A stretch of DNA of 64,000 nucleotides from Felis catus (lineage: Eukaryota): NCBI RefSeq assembly GCF_018350175.1, contig NC_058368.1:61444001-61508000 (forward strand). Direction: 5' to 3'. Both the position numbers and the translations under genes were made by a program. Below the pieces are notes generated by a model, which saw only the letters and a program-made list of their open reading frames with translations, searched no databases and was not told where the DNA came from. Numbering within the stretch: the first letter of the stretch is position 1; each line of letters starts with the position of its first letter. Shown one piece after another: positions 51,440 through 64,000 of the stretch.

Positions 51440-51878
51440 GAAAATATTTTAAGTTCTTATAGTATAAGTAAAGTCATATAATATCACATAGCTGTAATAA
51501 GTTAAATATATATAATATAAACCCTAAAGCATTAAAATGAAAAAACTATAACAAATTCACCAAAGAGAAAGGTAAACTAGAACTAAACATTAGAGTCAAT
51601 TAATCTGAAAGACAGTAAAAGAAAGAAAAGGGGAAAAAAAGCAGTAATACAAGTAGAGGAAAAATAATAATTTTATAGATTTAAACCTCACAATAATACA
51701 AATATAAGTTTTGGGAAAGCCCAAATTAAAATAAGAGATAGATTAGATAGAAAAGCAAGGCTCACTATGTTCTCCCTGCAACAAATACACTTCAAATACA
51801 AAGACATATATAGTTGCAAATAAATGAATGAAAAGAAACATACCATATTCACATTAATCTTTAAAAAAAGCAAAAATA

Positions 51879-52130
51879 GGGGTGCCTGGGTGCCTCAGTC
51901 AGTTAAGCATCTGACTCTTGATTTCAGTTCAGGTCGTGTTCTTACAATTGGTGAGATTGAGTCCCATGTAGGGCTCTGCGCTGAACAAGGAGCCTACCTG
52001 GGATTCTCTGTCTCTGTCTCTGTCTCTGTCTCTCTGTCTCTCCCTCTGCTCCCCCACTCATGCTCTCTCTCTCTCTCTCTCTCTCTCAAAATAAACAAAT
52101 AAACTTTAAAACAAAAATAAAAAATAAAAT
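51879..52130 (+). mobile_element. CAN-SINE
   Basis: SINE body with (tctctg)n and (CT)n, A-rich tail; TSD aaaaaagcaaaa. Confidence 0.9.
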
Positions 52131-54393
52131 AAAAAAGCAAAAACAAATAATATAAATATAAATGGATGATACGTTATGGCCAGGTAGAATTTATCCCAGC
52201 CATGCAGGCATGGTTGCTTTAATGTTTAAAACCAATCAAGATGATTACACATATACAAAAACTAAAAAGAAAGATCATATTATCTCAATAAATTCATGAA
52301 AAGTTTTTCACAAAATCTAACATCTATCTGGAAAAGAAGAACCTAAGCAAGGTAGGAACAGAAGAAAATTCACTCAATTTCATAAAGGGCATCTAAGAAA
52401 AACCTGGAGTTAACATCCATACTTAATGGTGAATGACAACACTTTTCCCTTAACATTATGCAAAAACAAGTGACCAATCTCATAATATCTATTCAGCATT
52501 TTACTGTAGCCAAATCCAGAAAAAGAGATAAAAGGCATCCAGATTAGAAAGTTGAAAGTAAAGTACTCTGTATTCGAAGACTATATGCCCGTCTACATAA
52601 AAGAAAATCCAGTGGAATCTACAAAATGCTAATAGAAGTAATAAGGTTTCTAGCATGTTTATAGGATATAGTATAAACATACCGAAGTAAATTCTATTTC
52701 TTCAAACTAACACCTGACAGAAATGGACGTTTTTAAAAGTAAAATTATAAAAGTGGCAAGAGTATGACATATGTAGCGATAAATCTAGTGATATGAAATA
52801 TCTGTACAATGAAAACTATAAAGTATTTCTGAAAGAATATAAAAAAGACCTGAACAAATGAGGGATATATTGTGCTCATTTACTGCAAATTATAAAATTG
52901 TTGCATTGCCAATTCTCTCTAAATTATCTATAGATCTAATACCAAAAAATCCACAAAACTTCTTTGTAGAAATGAATTTATTCTAAAGTTACTATGAAAA
53001 TACATAGAAAATGAAATTACCAAAATGGCTTTGTAAAAGAGGAAAAATTTGGAGGACTAATTTGGTTAAAAGATTAATTAAAAAGCTGTGGTCATTAAGA
53101 CACTGTGATATTGCACAAGATTGGCCAGTATATCAATGGAACAGAGGAAAGATAGAAATAGACTCATGAAAAGTTGATATTTGACAAAGATGTAATGGAA
53201 GTACAGTAGACAAAGGAAATTTATTTAAGCAGATGTTGCTGGAAAAATTATTTATACAGCAATTTTTGTAAGAAATTCAAAATAGATTTCAGGACAAATG
53301 TATAAAATCTCACGCAAGTGATTGACTCATAGGAGTGGCCACCAAGACAAGAATGTTGACTCAGGAAAACTGTCCTGATCAAGGAAGTTATAAAGAAGAG
53401 GCTAGGCAGGCAGACATGGGGTGTATTGAGGAAGGGAAATAGGGATATTTATGTGACACAGGAGATATTAAAAATAGTCTAATAAATTAAAAACATGGTG
53501 TGGGGGGTAATACTTGCAACACTATATAAAAAACCTAGTATTGAAATTTATTGTGGCATGGGATTATGCAAAAATTTCTTAGAAGCAACTCCACAAGGAA
53601 CATTCATAAAATAAATGATAATTGAACTTCATCAAAATTAAAAAGAAAATGTCTGCTTTTCAAAAGTTATAGATAAGCAAAAGAAAAGACAGTACTTTGG
53701 AAGAAAATATTTCCAAGTGATACAGCTCACTTGGAAAGTGAGTTGAATCCTATTTATATAAATGTTCTCAAAGAAGAAAAACAACTCAATAAAATGGATA
53801 CAGTTTTAAGCTGACATATCCCCAAAGTAATTTCACCAAAAATCTATATAAGATTTGAAAAGACATCTTACCATATTTATCTTCATAAATAAGTACATGA
53901 AACATCTTTAGATGTTAGGAATATGCAAATTGAAAACACAAGGAGATGCCACTAATCACCTATTAGAATAGCTGGAATTAGAAAGACTGATCATTTTACA
54001 TAAATATCCAAAGCAAGTTTATGAGTAAGGGTCCCAAACTGAAACATCTATCAACAAATGATTGGGTAAACAAAGTATGGTATGTTAACAAAGAAACATT
54101 ATTCAGCAATAAAAAGGGAGGGGGGGGCTATTGATACATGCTATAACTGTGGAAGAATCTCAAACTGTTGCTCTGAAAAAAAAAAGGCCAATTAAAAAGG
54201 AGCACATAGTTGTATTACTCTATTTACATTTATAGGAAAAGCCAGGTAATACATCGTGACATGTAGTGGTTGTCTGTGAATGAGGAGGATGGGAAGGGCA
54301 TAAAGGAACAATTTAAAGGGGCACAAGGAAACAAGGATGATGAATATATTTATTATCCTGATTATGTGATAATATCATGGATTGGATACATAC

Positions 54394-54885
54394 TGAAGGG
54401 GAGCAGAATATGCCACCCTTAAATATGCCACTTTGGCATATTGATTATTTGGAATTAAAGGGCTTTTAGAAACAGGTAGTGCAAGAAAGACAACGTGATC
54501 CTCCTTAGTCCATCTGAGAGCAGGAGATAAATCTCCCATGTGAAATGTACCCTACCTGTACCAGAAGGGGAGAAGGCATTCTTATCACCAGAGATAGGGA
54601 ATTTAAGGCTGAGAAGGCTGTCTAAACAAACCGTTACTTCTTTACCAATACTACCCTAAGCCCAAACTCCTTTGTCTTGTCAATTCCACACAAATTTATT
54701 GTTTCTTTGTCTAAAAGGTATAAAAGCTTCTGGCTTTGGTCACTTCTTAGACTCTCATTTTTATGAATCTTCTGTAGATATGAAATTAAATTTGTTTTTC
54801 CCCTATTAATCTGTTTTATGTCAATATAGTTATTTGATCAGCCAAAGAACCTAGAAAGAAGGGAAGAATATTCTGCCCCCCTACA
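54394..54885 (+). mobile_element. Solo LTR, MER34-like (ERV1)
   Basis: Starts tgaaggggagcagaatatgccacc..aaatatgccactttggcat, has TATAAAA and ATTAAA, ends ccccctaca. Confidence 0.82.
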
Positions 54886-55559
54886 AAGTCAAAACATATC
54901 AAACATATGCATTTTACGTATGTGCAATTTATGGTATGTAAACAACATGATGGTAAAATAAACTTGTCAGGTAGAAGGAAGAATTATTAAAGATGACAGT
55001 AAAATTTTAACAAACCAGAAAAACTGACAGAAAATGGTAGAAATAATAAACATTCCAGGATTGCTTCTTTGGAAAACAAACAAGCAAAGTTACATAAAAT
55101 ATATCAGATGCTGTTAACATGGAGAAAAAGCTCAAAGTGGCAAAATAATATACAATGAATTTTAAAAATAAAACATAGAAGTTTATTCATTTTTGCAAAC
55201 ACATGCGAGAACACAGATGGAAAGAATGCCTTTCTTGAAGCATATACAATTAACATATCTAACCATATGAAGATATAAAATAGACAATATATCATAGACA
55301 AAACAGATAAAGTTGATAATTGCCTTGATTTCTAAAATTGAAAAATTATCACTTAATATTGAATAAAAAATCAATTTGTAGTACCCTCAGTTTTCTTGTT
55401 TATGTATCAATGTTTAACATTTATTTTTTGTTTTATTTTATAATAGTAAGTGTTAATATATGAGTGGAATGTCTCTTAAATCGTATACAAGGGGCCTACT
55501 AACAGGAGTCATTTGGAGTTATGAACTGTATGAGTGTGGGGCTAGGACAAAAGAGTAAT

Positions 55560-56525
55560 GTATTATTTTAAATAATTTTGAAATTATGAAATATTTCAAA
55601 TGTACAGATGAGAACATATGTGCTTAAAATTATAAAATGATCCCCTGCACTTCCATTAAAAAAAAGAATATTAAGTAAATCTTTTATGTATAACCCTCCC
55701 CAATTATAACCCCTCCATCCTTCCAGTCAATTACCTGGAAATTCTATTATCACACACATTTGCCTTGCTTTAATAGTTTTGTCATATGTACAAGAGTACT
55801 GGAACATTATACTGTACAATATTAAATGTTTTCAAAATTCAGTGAAAATGTACTACATAAATTCATTAACAAGTTGTTTTGTGCTCTCAATACTATTTTT
55901 TGAACCTTAATTAATGTCACCATGTTCAGCTAAATTTTGTCCAAAGACATTTGAGTTTTCTTTTAAGTTTTTTGCTATTATAGTTTTTTTTTTTTATTAT
56001 TACTGCTTTGGTTATTATTGCTTTGGTCATCTTTGTATACAACTTTTAAGGAATATGTTTAGGAAGCATATTTGGAGTAGAATTGCCAGATCCTAATTTA
56101 CAGGCAGACTGATACATACCAGTAGATTAAATGGTTTTCCAATGTAATTGCATCAATTTATGCTCTATCTGCAGTTTTTAAAAATCTTGTCAACATAGTG
56201 ATACTAAATTGTAATGGAGTGATTTAAATTTCTGTATCACAGATTATTTAGCAGCTGAACAGAATTTTCATAATATTATAGACACTTATGTTATCTCCTT
56301 TGTGAAATATTGGGTGATAATATTTTGCCCATCTTATCCATTAGGTTGTTTTCCTTTTTATTGATATTTTTGAGCACTGCTTCAAAGATTAAATATTTTA
56401 TAAATGTTTTCTGAATTTTTTATTTACCTTTTGTATTTATGCTATATTTTTATAAGCAGACGTTTTCAGTTTTAATGATTTCAGTTGACACAGTCTTTTC
56501 TATAATGGTTTGTGATATTTGTATC
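55560..56525 (-). mobile_element. Old L1ME-type 3' fragment
   Basis: ttttgaaattatgaaatatttcaaa start and ggagtagaattgc, tcctttgtgaaat motifs. Confidence 0.6.
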
Positions 56526-56750
56526 AAAACTTAACTATAAACTGGAATGGCACACCCAGAAAACACAAGACCTAATACATGCCATTTTCAGATAAATCCT
56601 GAGATTATGCACTCGTGACAGAACTTCATTAAAGGGCTCTTTAAAGATGTACTCAGAAATAAGGAATCAAGTCCTGAAAGTGAGAAAAACAGTGAAGCAA
56701 GAAAATAGGAACCACATAGATAATCCAAATAATTGGTGATTTATGAAATT

Positions 56751-56778
56751 TTTTTGGTAGGTTTACTTATTTTGAGAC

Positions 56779-56816
<38 letters not shown>

Positions 56817-56987
56817 AATGAGAGAGCAGGGGAGAGGCTGAGAGAGGGAGAGAGAGAGAATCCCAAGTAGGTTCTGCACTGACAGCACACAGCCTGATGT
56901 GGGACTGGAACCCAGGAACTTTGAGATCATGACTTGAGCCAAAAACAAGAGTTGGAAGCTTAACCTACAGAGCCACCCAGGTGCCCC
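56751..56987 (-). mobile_element. CAN-SINE
   Basis: SINE body; perfect 15-bp TSD gtgatttatgaaatt at 56736-56750 and 56989-57003. Confidence 0.93.
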
Positions 56988-58748
56988 AGTGATTTATGAA
57001 ATTCTGAAAACAATCCCTGTAGAGTTAGTATATTCTGGTGGAAAAATTATAGATATAGGTGTATAGATGTTTACATGTTATGTAAATTAGAGAGAGATGC
57101 ATTTCAATGAGTGAAAGCATTTCTAGTTTATGACATTGTGTAGGATGTTAAAGATTGTGATATATCTTATATTTTGATAATATAATATATAAAACTTATA
57201 GGGTAATCATTGACATACAAAAATATTACAAATTTGTAGGGGAAATAAAAGGAATAATTAGGAAAATTTCCTTGCCATAAGAAGAAACACAGAAAGAGAT
57301 AAAAATGCACTCTAAAATAAGGCAAAGAGGTCATGCAAAAGCACATAACATATATAAGTCCAAATAATGTTTCATATGTAAAGATCCTTATTTGAGTTTC
57401 AAGGTTTAAATATTAATCTTTCAGTAACTCATTTTTGACAATTAAACTCTAAGAAAGAAGTCACTGGAACCAATTCAATGGCAAGTCATTGAATAATTCT
57501 AAACACAATAACAAAAACCAACATATTACAGTGTTTAGCGACTACTTCACATCTTCAGCAGAGCGATCAAGGACTGAATGGGCCTTCAAACTGAATAACA
57601 GTTACTCCTAAAATTGGTCCCTCCGGTTTAGGGTTGAGTGAGCTTTGAATTGCCTGCATTCTATTGACTATTCAATTCTCTCAGTCAATTGATAAATAAA
57701 ATACTTGAGTCATCAGAATTAATCCACTTTCATGACACTTGCTTTTCTTGAAACATTAGATTAGCTCTTTTTGTTTACTGAATTTAAGATTCAGGTCAAG
57801 TTAAATGGAGTTTATACCATTACAAATGTCAGGCATAACTCCTCCTGGGAAATTTAAGGATTTTTTTTGTGAAATTAAGTCTTTCTAAAATCAGCAGAGA
57901 ACAGTATGATTTATGTCAGCATGTTAATTTTTTTCTCCTATGGAAAATAATTATATCACAATAAGATACTTGAAAGTTGTTAATAATTAGTTGAAATTAG
58001 CCTGGGTGGACCATTTCTGTCTAGTGACTGAAAACATGTCAACCTATGATATATTTACATTTAATATAGATTATTGTTTTTAAGATGTATATATGTATTT
58101 TGGTTTATATTATTCTATTGTCCCCCAATAATTTAATCTTGAAGGATATGCAAATTGTTGTTTTAATAAATTTCTTTAGCCATCATTGAAAAGTAGGTAA
58201 ATGGTAAATTCTCTTAGTTTTCCTTCATCTGTGAATGTGTTGATTCCCTCTTCATTTCTGAAGAACATTTTCACAAAACATAGGATTCTGGGTTGGTAGG
58301 GATTTTGATTTTTTTGTTTGTTTCCCCCAGCACTTAAAAAATGTTCTGCGAGTTCCTTCTGAACTTGAGAAGGGTATATTATGAGAAATCCATTGTCATT
58401 TCATTTTTTTCCCCTTATAGGTACAATGTCTTTTTCTCTCTCACTGATTTCCAGGTATTTTCTTTGTCTTTATTTTCATAAGCTTAACTATGATGTGCCT
58501 TGGTTTGTATTTCTATAGGTTTGTAGTGCTATAGATTCATCTGTTTGGGGATTCACTGAAATTGTTGGACTGTCAATATATGAGATTTCTTTGCTGAATT
58601 TGAGGAGTTTATTCTATTTTTTTGAGTGCTTAAGCTACTTTTCCTTATCAGCTCTGGTGACATGACCTTACTTATCATATTATAGTTTCACTGTTTCTTA
58701 CATTTATTTTCTAAGTCTATTTCCTTTTTGTTATTCAGATTAAATAAT

Positions 58749-58763
58749 ATTTATTTATTATTT

Positions 58764-58799
<36 letters not shown>

Positions 58800-58941
58800 C
58801 TGGGGGAGGGGCTGAGGGAGAAGGAGAGAGAGAATCTCCAGCATGGAGCTCACACAGGGCTCAATATCACAACCATGAGATCATGACTGAATCCAAAATC
58901 AAGAGTCTGACACTTAACCAACTAAGCCACCCAGGAGCCCC
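58749..58941 (-). mobile_element. CAN-SINE
   Basis: (TTTA)n tail, SINE head ending ggagcccc; TSD taaataat. Confidence 0.88.
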
Positions 58942-59671
58942 TAAATAATTGTTATTTTTAATTTTACTACTTCTTCTGTTTTCTGCTGCTGCACCTATAT
59001 ATCGAGAGTTATTTTAAAATTTTGGTTATTATACATTTTAGTTCTAAAATTTCCATTGGTTTCTTCTTTGAACTTTCTGTTTCTTTGCTGGGAGTCTTTA
59101 TTATTATTTTTTTCATTTATTTCAAGCATGATCATTGAAATAGGCTTATGAAGACTTCTTTAAAATATGTGTCAGATAATTCTAATGTTTCTGTCATCAT
59201 TTTCTTGACATCTCCTGATTGTGTTTTTAATTCAGTTTGAGATCTGCATCGTTCTTGGTTCGTTGAGTGATATTTAATTGAATAGAATATTATGGATATT
59301 ATGTGAAAAGATTCTGAAGGTTAAAATTCTGTCTTGGTTGTTTTCTTTTTACTTGGTTCCACTAGATGAGTTCAAAAGCCTCATTGCGGCCTTGTGAAGG
59401 TGAACAATTTAGACTCCCCACTCAACATTTGCTAGCATGTATAGGGCTGGGGTTATTCTGTGGGGTTTCACTATTATTTTCTAAAAGTTTTCCATCTTGC
59501 TAGGCTGTCTTTGACTATTTTTTAAAATTTAAAAAATTTTAAAATTATTTATTTTTATTTATTATTATTATTTTGTCCATCTACATAACTCAGGCTTTTT
59601 GGGGAGCTTCTACTGTTTGCACCTGTTAGCATTTCCAGGTTGCTGGATACTCCAGCATCCATTCCAGGGTA

Positions 59672-61612
59672 CGGGTATACCTTGTTTTGTTGTGTTTCAC
59701 TTTACTGTACTTCACAATTTGTGCTTTTTCTTTTTTAATGAACTGAAAGTTTGTGGCAACCCTGCCTCAAGCAAGTCTTTGGTCTCATGTTTCCACCAGA
59801 TTTGCTCACTTTGTGTCTCTGTGTCACATTTTGGTTATCCTCATAGTATTTCAAACTTTTTTCTATTATTATTACATTTGTTATGGGAATCTGTCACATA
59901 TGACCTTTGATGTTACTATTATAATTCTGGGGGGGGGTGCACCATAAACTGCACCAATATAAAACAGTGACTTTCATCAATACAATTGTGTGTATTCTGG
60001 CTGCTCCACTGACCTGCCATTTCCCCATCTCTCCCTTTCCTCAGGCCTCCCTATTCCCCGAGACACAACAATATTTAAATTAGGCCAAATAATAACTCTA
60101 CAGTATCTTTTAAATGTTCAAGTGAAAGGAAGAATTGCACATCTCTCAGTTTAAATCCAAAGCTAGAAATGATTAAGTCTAGTAAGAAAGATGTGTTGAA
60201 AGGTGAGATAGGCTGAAAGCTGGGCTTCTTGTGCCAAACAGTTGGCTAAGTTGTGGATGCAAAGAGAAGTTCTTAAAGGAATTTAAAAGTGCTGCTCCAA
60301 TGAACATACTAATAAGAAACCAAAACAGCCCTAAATGCTGATATGGAGAAAGTTTTAGTAGTCTGGATAGAAAATCAAATCAGCCATCACATTCTGTTAA
60401 GCCAGAATCTACTCCAGAGCTAGATCCTGACACTCTTCAATTCTATGAAAGCTGAGAGAGGTGAAGAAACTATAGAAGAAAAGTTTGAAGCTAGCAGTGG
60501 TAGGTTCATGAGGTTTAAGGAAAGAAGCAGTTTCTAGAATATAAAAGTTCAAGGTGAAGCAGAAATGCTGATATAGAAGCTGTAGCAAGTTATCCAGAAG
60601 ATCTAGCTAAGATAAGTAAGCAAGGTGGCTGCACTAAACAATGAGTTTTTAATGTAGACAAAACTAAAGAATCTTCCAATCTTCTATTTGAAGAAGATGC
60701 CATCTAGGACTTTCATAGCTAGAGAGGAAAAGTCACTGCCTGACTTTAAAGCTTCCAAAGGATAGAGTACCTCCCTTATTAGGGCTAATGCATTTGGTGA
60801 TTTTAAGTTGATGTCAGTGTGCATTTACATTCTGAACATCCTAGAGCCTTAAGAATTATGCTAAATCTACGCTGTCTTTGCTCTATAAATGAAACAACAA
60901 AGACTGGATGACAGCACATCTGTTTACAACATGGCTTATTGAATATTTAAGCACACTATTGAGACCTACTGCTCAGTAAACAAAGATTGTTTTTAAAACA
61001 TTAGTGTTCATAGACAATGTACCTTGTCACCAAAGAGCTCTGAGGAAGATGCACAACAAGATTAATGTTTTCATGCCTGCTAACACAACATCCATTCTGT
61101 AACCTATGGATCAAGCAGTAATTTTTACTTTAAAGTCTTATTATTGAAGCAATACATTGTATAAGGCTATTGCTGCCATAGATAGTGACTCCTCTGATGG
61201 ATCAGGGCAAAGTCAATTGAAAACTTTCTGGAAAAGACTCACCATTCTAGGCATCATTAAGCATGTTCATGATTCATGGAAATAGGTCAAAATGTCAATA
61301 TTAACAGAAGTTTGGACAAAGTTTATCTCAGCCCTCATGGATAACTGTGAGGGGTTCAAGAGTTCGGAGGAGGAAGTAACTACAGATGTGGTAGAAATAG
61401 CAAGAGAACTAGCACTACAAGTGGAGCCTTATTATGTGATTGAATTGCTGTGAATCTCATGATAAAACTTTAACGGATGAGCACTTAGTAGACTATAATT
61501 TAAACATAACTTTTATATGCACTGGGAAACCAAAAAATTGATTTGAATCATTTTATTCTGATACTAGCTTTATTGTGGTGGTCAAACCTGCAATAACTCT
61601 GAGGTATGACTG
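59672..61612 (+). mobile_element. Tigger1 DNA transposon with decayed transposase and 3' internal deletion
   Basis: TIRs cgggtatacct...aggtatgactg with TA TSDs; pogo-type transposase remnants ([35 protein letters not shown]). Confidence 0.95.
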
Positions 61613-62901
61613 TAGAGGAGGCAATAAGAAATCGCTGGAACTTACTGCCAGCGATTGTTTTTCAGGTCACGTGAACCCTAGCTGGCTCACACTTTTCTCT
61701 CCAGTTTCCAGAGTTTTCTTATGTTGGTTTTATATAGAATGCCCACAGTTTGTCATTGTACTGAGAGGAGAAATAGGAAAAAAAAGTGCAAATACCCCAT
61801 TTCCCTGAAGTAGAAACTCCTTTGTTTCTGTTTTCCAGTTTCTTTTTGTTTCGTGATATTTTCTCCTTTTTCATTAGGTTAAAGAAAATGTGCACTTAAT
61901 TGCTGAAGCATTTTTTTGTGGGTGATTTTAAATCCTTATCAAATCCTTATGAAATAATACTCACATTATTCGTGGTATTCATGCTAGTTTATGGTCTTTC
62001 TCACACAAATTGAGGTGTCTTTGCTCTTCACGTGACAAGTGAGTTTCAGGTGTGGCTTGGACATTTGGATTATTATATTAGGAGACTCTTGATCCTGTCT
62101 GAATCATGTGTTTTTTGCAGCAGTTGCCATGTTTAGGTTTAGCATGTAGGTCTGAGCATTTTTGTGGGCTGTAGTTCTAGTCACTGTGTAGGTCCCTCCC
62201 ATGGCAGTGCTATTCTGCTCTGCTTCATTCGCCTGGTGTTTCTGGGATTCCTGCTTAATCCTGCTGGTGCCATCTGTAGAGACAGAAGGAACTTCCATGA
62301 GTTCTTTCTGTCACTGGGCAACATTTGAGAGATGTGGGCAAAGCAACTGGGCTGGTGTGTCTAAGCCGGGTCTTGGATGGCCCCATAGAACTTGTGGCCA
62401 CAGCTGCTGTAGGTCCCTTCATTGGGTTTAGGTTAGGAAGCTTGGCCTGGGATGGCCAGGCTTCACAGCAGCCTCTGCTGCACCAGGTCAGATGACCAGT
62501 GGTGCCTGAATTTTGAGCAGGGCTAGAAAGGATTTCGTCTTTGCTACTATTGCTTCCAGTGGATCAGATCGTCAGCAGTAGCCAGCTGATGAGTCAGCTC
62601 TCCACTAGGTCTCTGTTGGACTTCTGCTTTTCAGATGCTTAACCAAGGAGGACCAAGGATTATTCTCATGTGTTTGCTTGTTTGATTGCTGTTTCACTAT
62701 GCCTTTTAGTGATCTGGTGTTACAGGCCCCTCCACCGCCTGGTCCAGAGGTACATCAGAGATTAAAAGAAAGCCCAGGGAACTCATTTCATTGTAGTTTC
62801 TCATGTCCTGGGTTCCAAGGCAGTCCGAGAGCTATCAGAATCCTTCATCACTGTCAGTGTAATACTTCCCAAGGTATTTAGTTATATTAAGAGGAGGGAG
62901 A

Positions 62902-63113
62902 AGGGCACCTGGGTGGCTCAGTCAGTTAAGTTTCTGAATTTGGCTTCGGTCACCATCTCACAGTGTGAGTTTGAGCCCTATGCTGGGCTCTGTGCTGACA
63001 GCTGGGTGCCTGCTTTGGATTTTTCTGTCTCTCTCTCTCTCTCTTTCGGCCTCTCTCTCTCTCTTTTCTTTTCTCTCTCAAAAATAACAAATAAATAAAC
63101 ATTTAAAAAAAAA
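62902..63113 (+). mobile_element. CAN-SINE
   Basis: SINE head, (CT)n, A tail. Confidence 0.9.
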
Positions 63114-63125
63114 GAGAGAGGAGGA

Positions 63126-63338
63126 GGGGTCCCTGGGTGGCTCAGTCAATTAAGCATCTGACTCTCTTGGTTTCGGCTGAGGTCATGATCTCATGGTGTG
63201 TGGGTTTGAGCCCTGCATTGAGATCTGCGCTGGCAGTGTGGAGCCTGTTTGGTATTCTCTCTCTCCCTCTCTCTCTATGCCCCTCCCTGCTCACTCTCTC
63301 TGTCTCTCTCAAAGATAAATACATAAACTTATAAAAAA
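63126..63338 (+). mobile_element. CAN-SINE, head-to-tail with the previous one
   Basis: SINE head, (CT)n, A tail; AG-rich flanks. Confidence 0.9.
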
Positions 63339-63768
63339 GAGAGCAGGAAGAGCAATGAAAAATAAAACTTTTCTATCTTGTTCAGCACCTGTAAGAGTAT
63401 ATCTTTGTGAGCAATATAACTTTTGCTCTTATAAAATGTTTGCTTTGGTTTTATGACAGTACTAGTTTCTCCCAGGCTTGCTTTTTACCCCCCAAATAAG
63501 GTAGTCCTATGTTATTTTTTTTCCTTTCTTTGTTTCACATAGATTTTAACCCTTAGTATTTGAAGTTGATTGTTACAGGTGATAAAGGAATTCATTAGTC
63601 CTTTAGTTTGTTTTCTTGTTTGTTTTTTTGCCTGTTTAACTAACTGTTTGAAACTGTACTTGAGGCTGGCTTCCTAGGAATTACATCCTGTGCTAAGATA
63701 AACGACTCAAAAATGTGGGAGCTAGGACAGTCACTTCAGTGAAGAGACAAATGTGAAGATCAATTATG

Positions 63769-64000
63769 CAGTTGATCCTTGAACAACAGGGGTTTGAATT
63801 GTGCAGGTTGACTTATATGTAGATTTTTTTTTTATGGGAGACTACTGTGCATACATTTTGTCTTCCTTATTATTTTCTTAATACTGTATTTTATTTTTTC
63901 TTTTTCTAGCTTACTTTATTGTAAGAACATAGTATATAATACATATAGCACACCGAAAATTGTGTTAATTGGCTGTTTACATTATCAGTAAGGCTTTCTG
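63769..64000 (+). mobile_element. Tigger3/MER7-type element, cut by the window edge
   Basis: cagttgatccttgaacaacaggggtttgaa resembles the Tigger3 terminus. Confidence 0.8.

Larger units (their letters stand above)
50860..54945 (+). mobile_element. Old, fragmented L1M (ORF1 end, ORF2, 3'UTR)
   Basis: L1 motifs agaatttatcccag..atgca, aaaggcatccagatt.gaaa, atcaatggaacaga, tgcaaattgaaa.caca; interrupted by SINEs and an LTR. Confidence 0.8.
58150..62900 (-). mobile_element. Old L1M ORF1 and 5'UTR fragments hosting Tigger1 and a SINE
   Basis: aaattctcttagttttccttcatctg, atgagaaatcc.ttgtcatt and ttagttctaaaatttccatt motifs; two similar 5' ends near 61620 and 62760. Confidence 0.65.

Noticed and set aside
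1..64000. Short ORFs of the six-frame track as real genes
   Set aside because: Nearly all are fragments or antisense frames of L1, SINE, ERV or Tigger, or low-complexity AT-rich frames; none is an intact gene.

Overview
AT-rich, repeat-dense genomic DNA from a carnivore, almost certainly a felid, judged by the CAN-SINE/SINEC_Fc-type tRNA-derived SINEs. No intact protein-coding gene is present. The window holds two near-full-length minus-strand LINE-1s (750-7531 and ~11048-18196) and an old ERV3/HERV-E-like provirus (27071-33830) that keeps gag, pro and env but lacks RT and most of RNase H/integrase. It also has two solo LTRs, Tigger1/Tigger2a/Tigger3 DNA transposons, about 20 SINEs, and old L1M, L2, MIR and MER5 fragments. 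The most interesting signal lies in the unique sequence between the repeats. A series of minus-strand, splice-site-bounded, decayed exon-like segments translates, in collinear order, to motifs resembling a polycystin-1-family protein (GPS, TM1, PLAT, TM2, with possible C-type lectin remnants upstream). Two of these segments are interrupted by an L1 and a solo LTR. This suggests a fossil multi-exon PKD1-like pseudogene. The assignment was made by eye, needs stops and frameshifts to be assumed, and has not been tested by any search.
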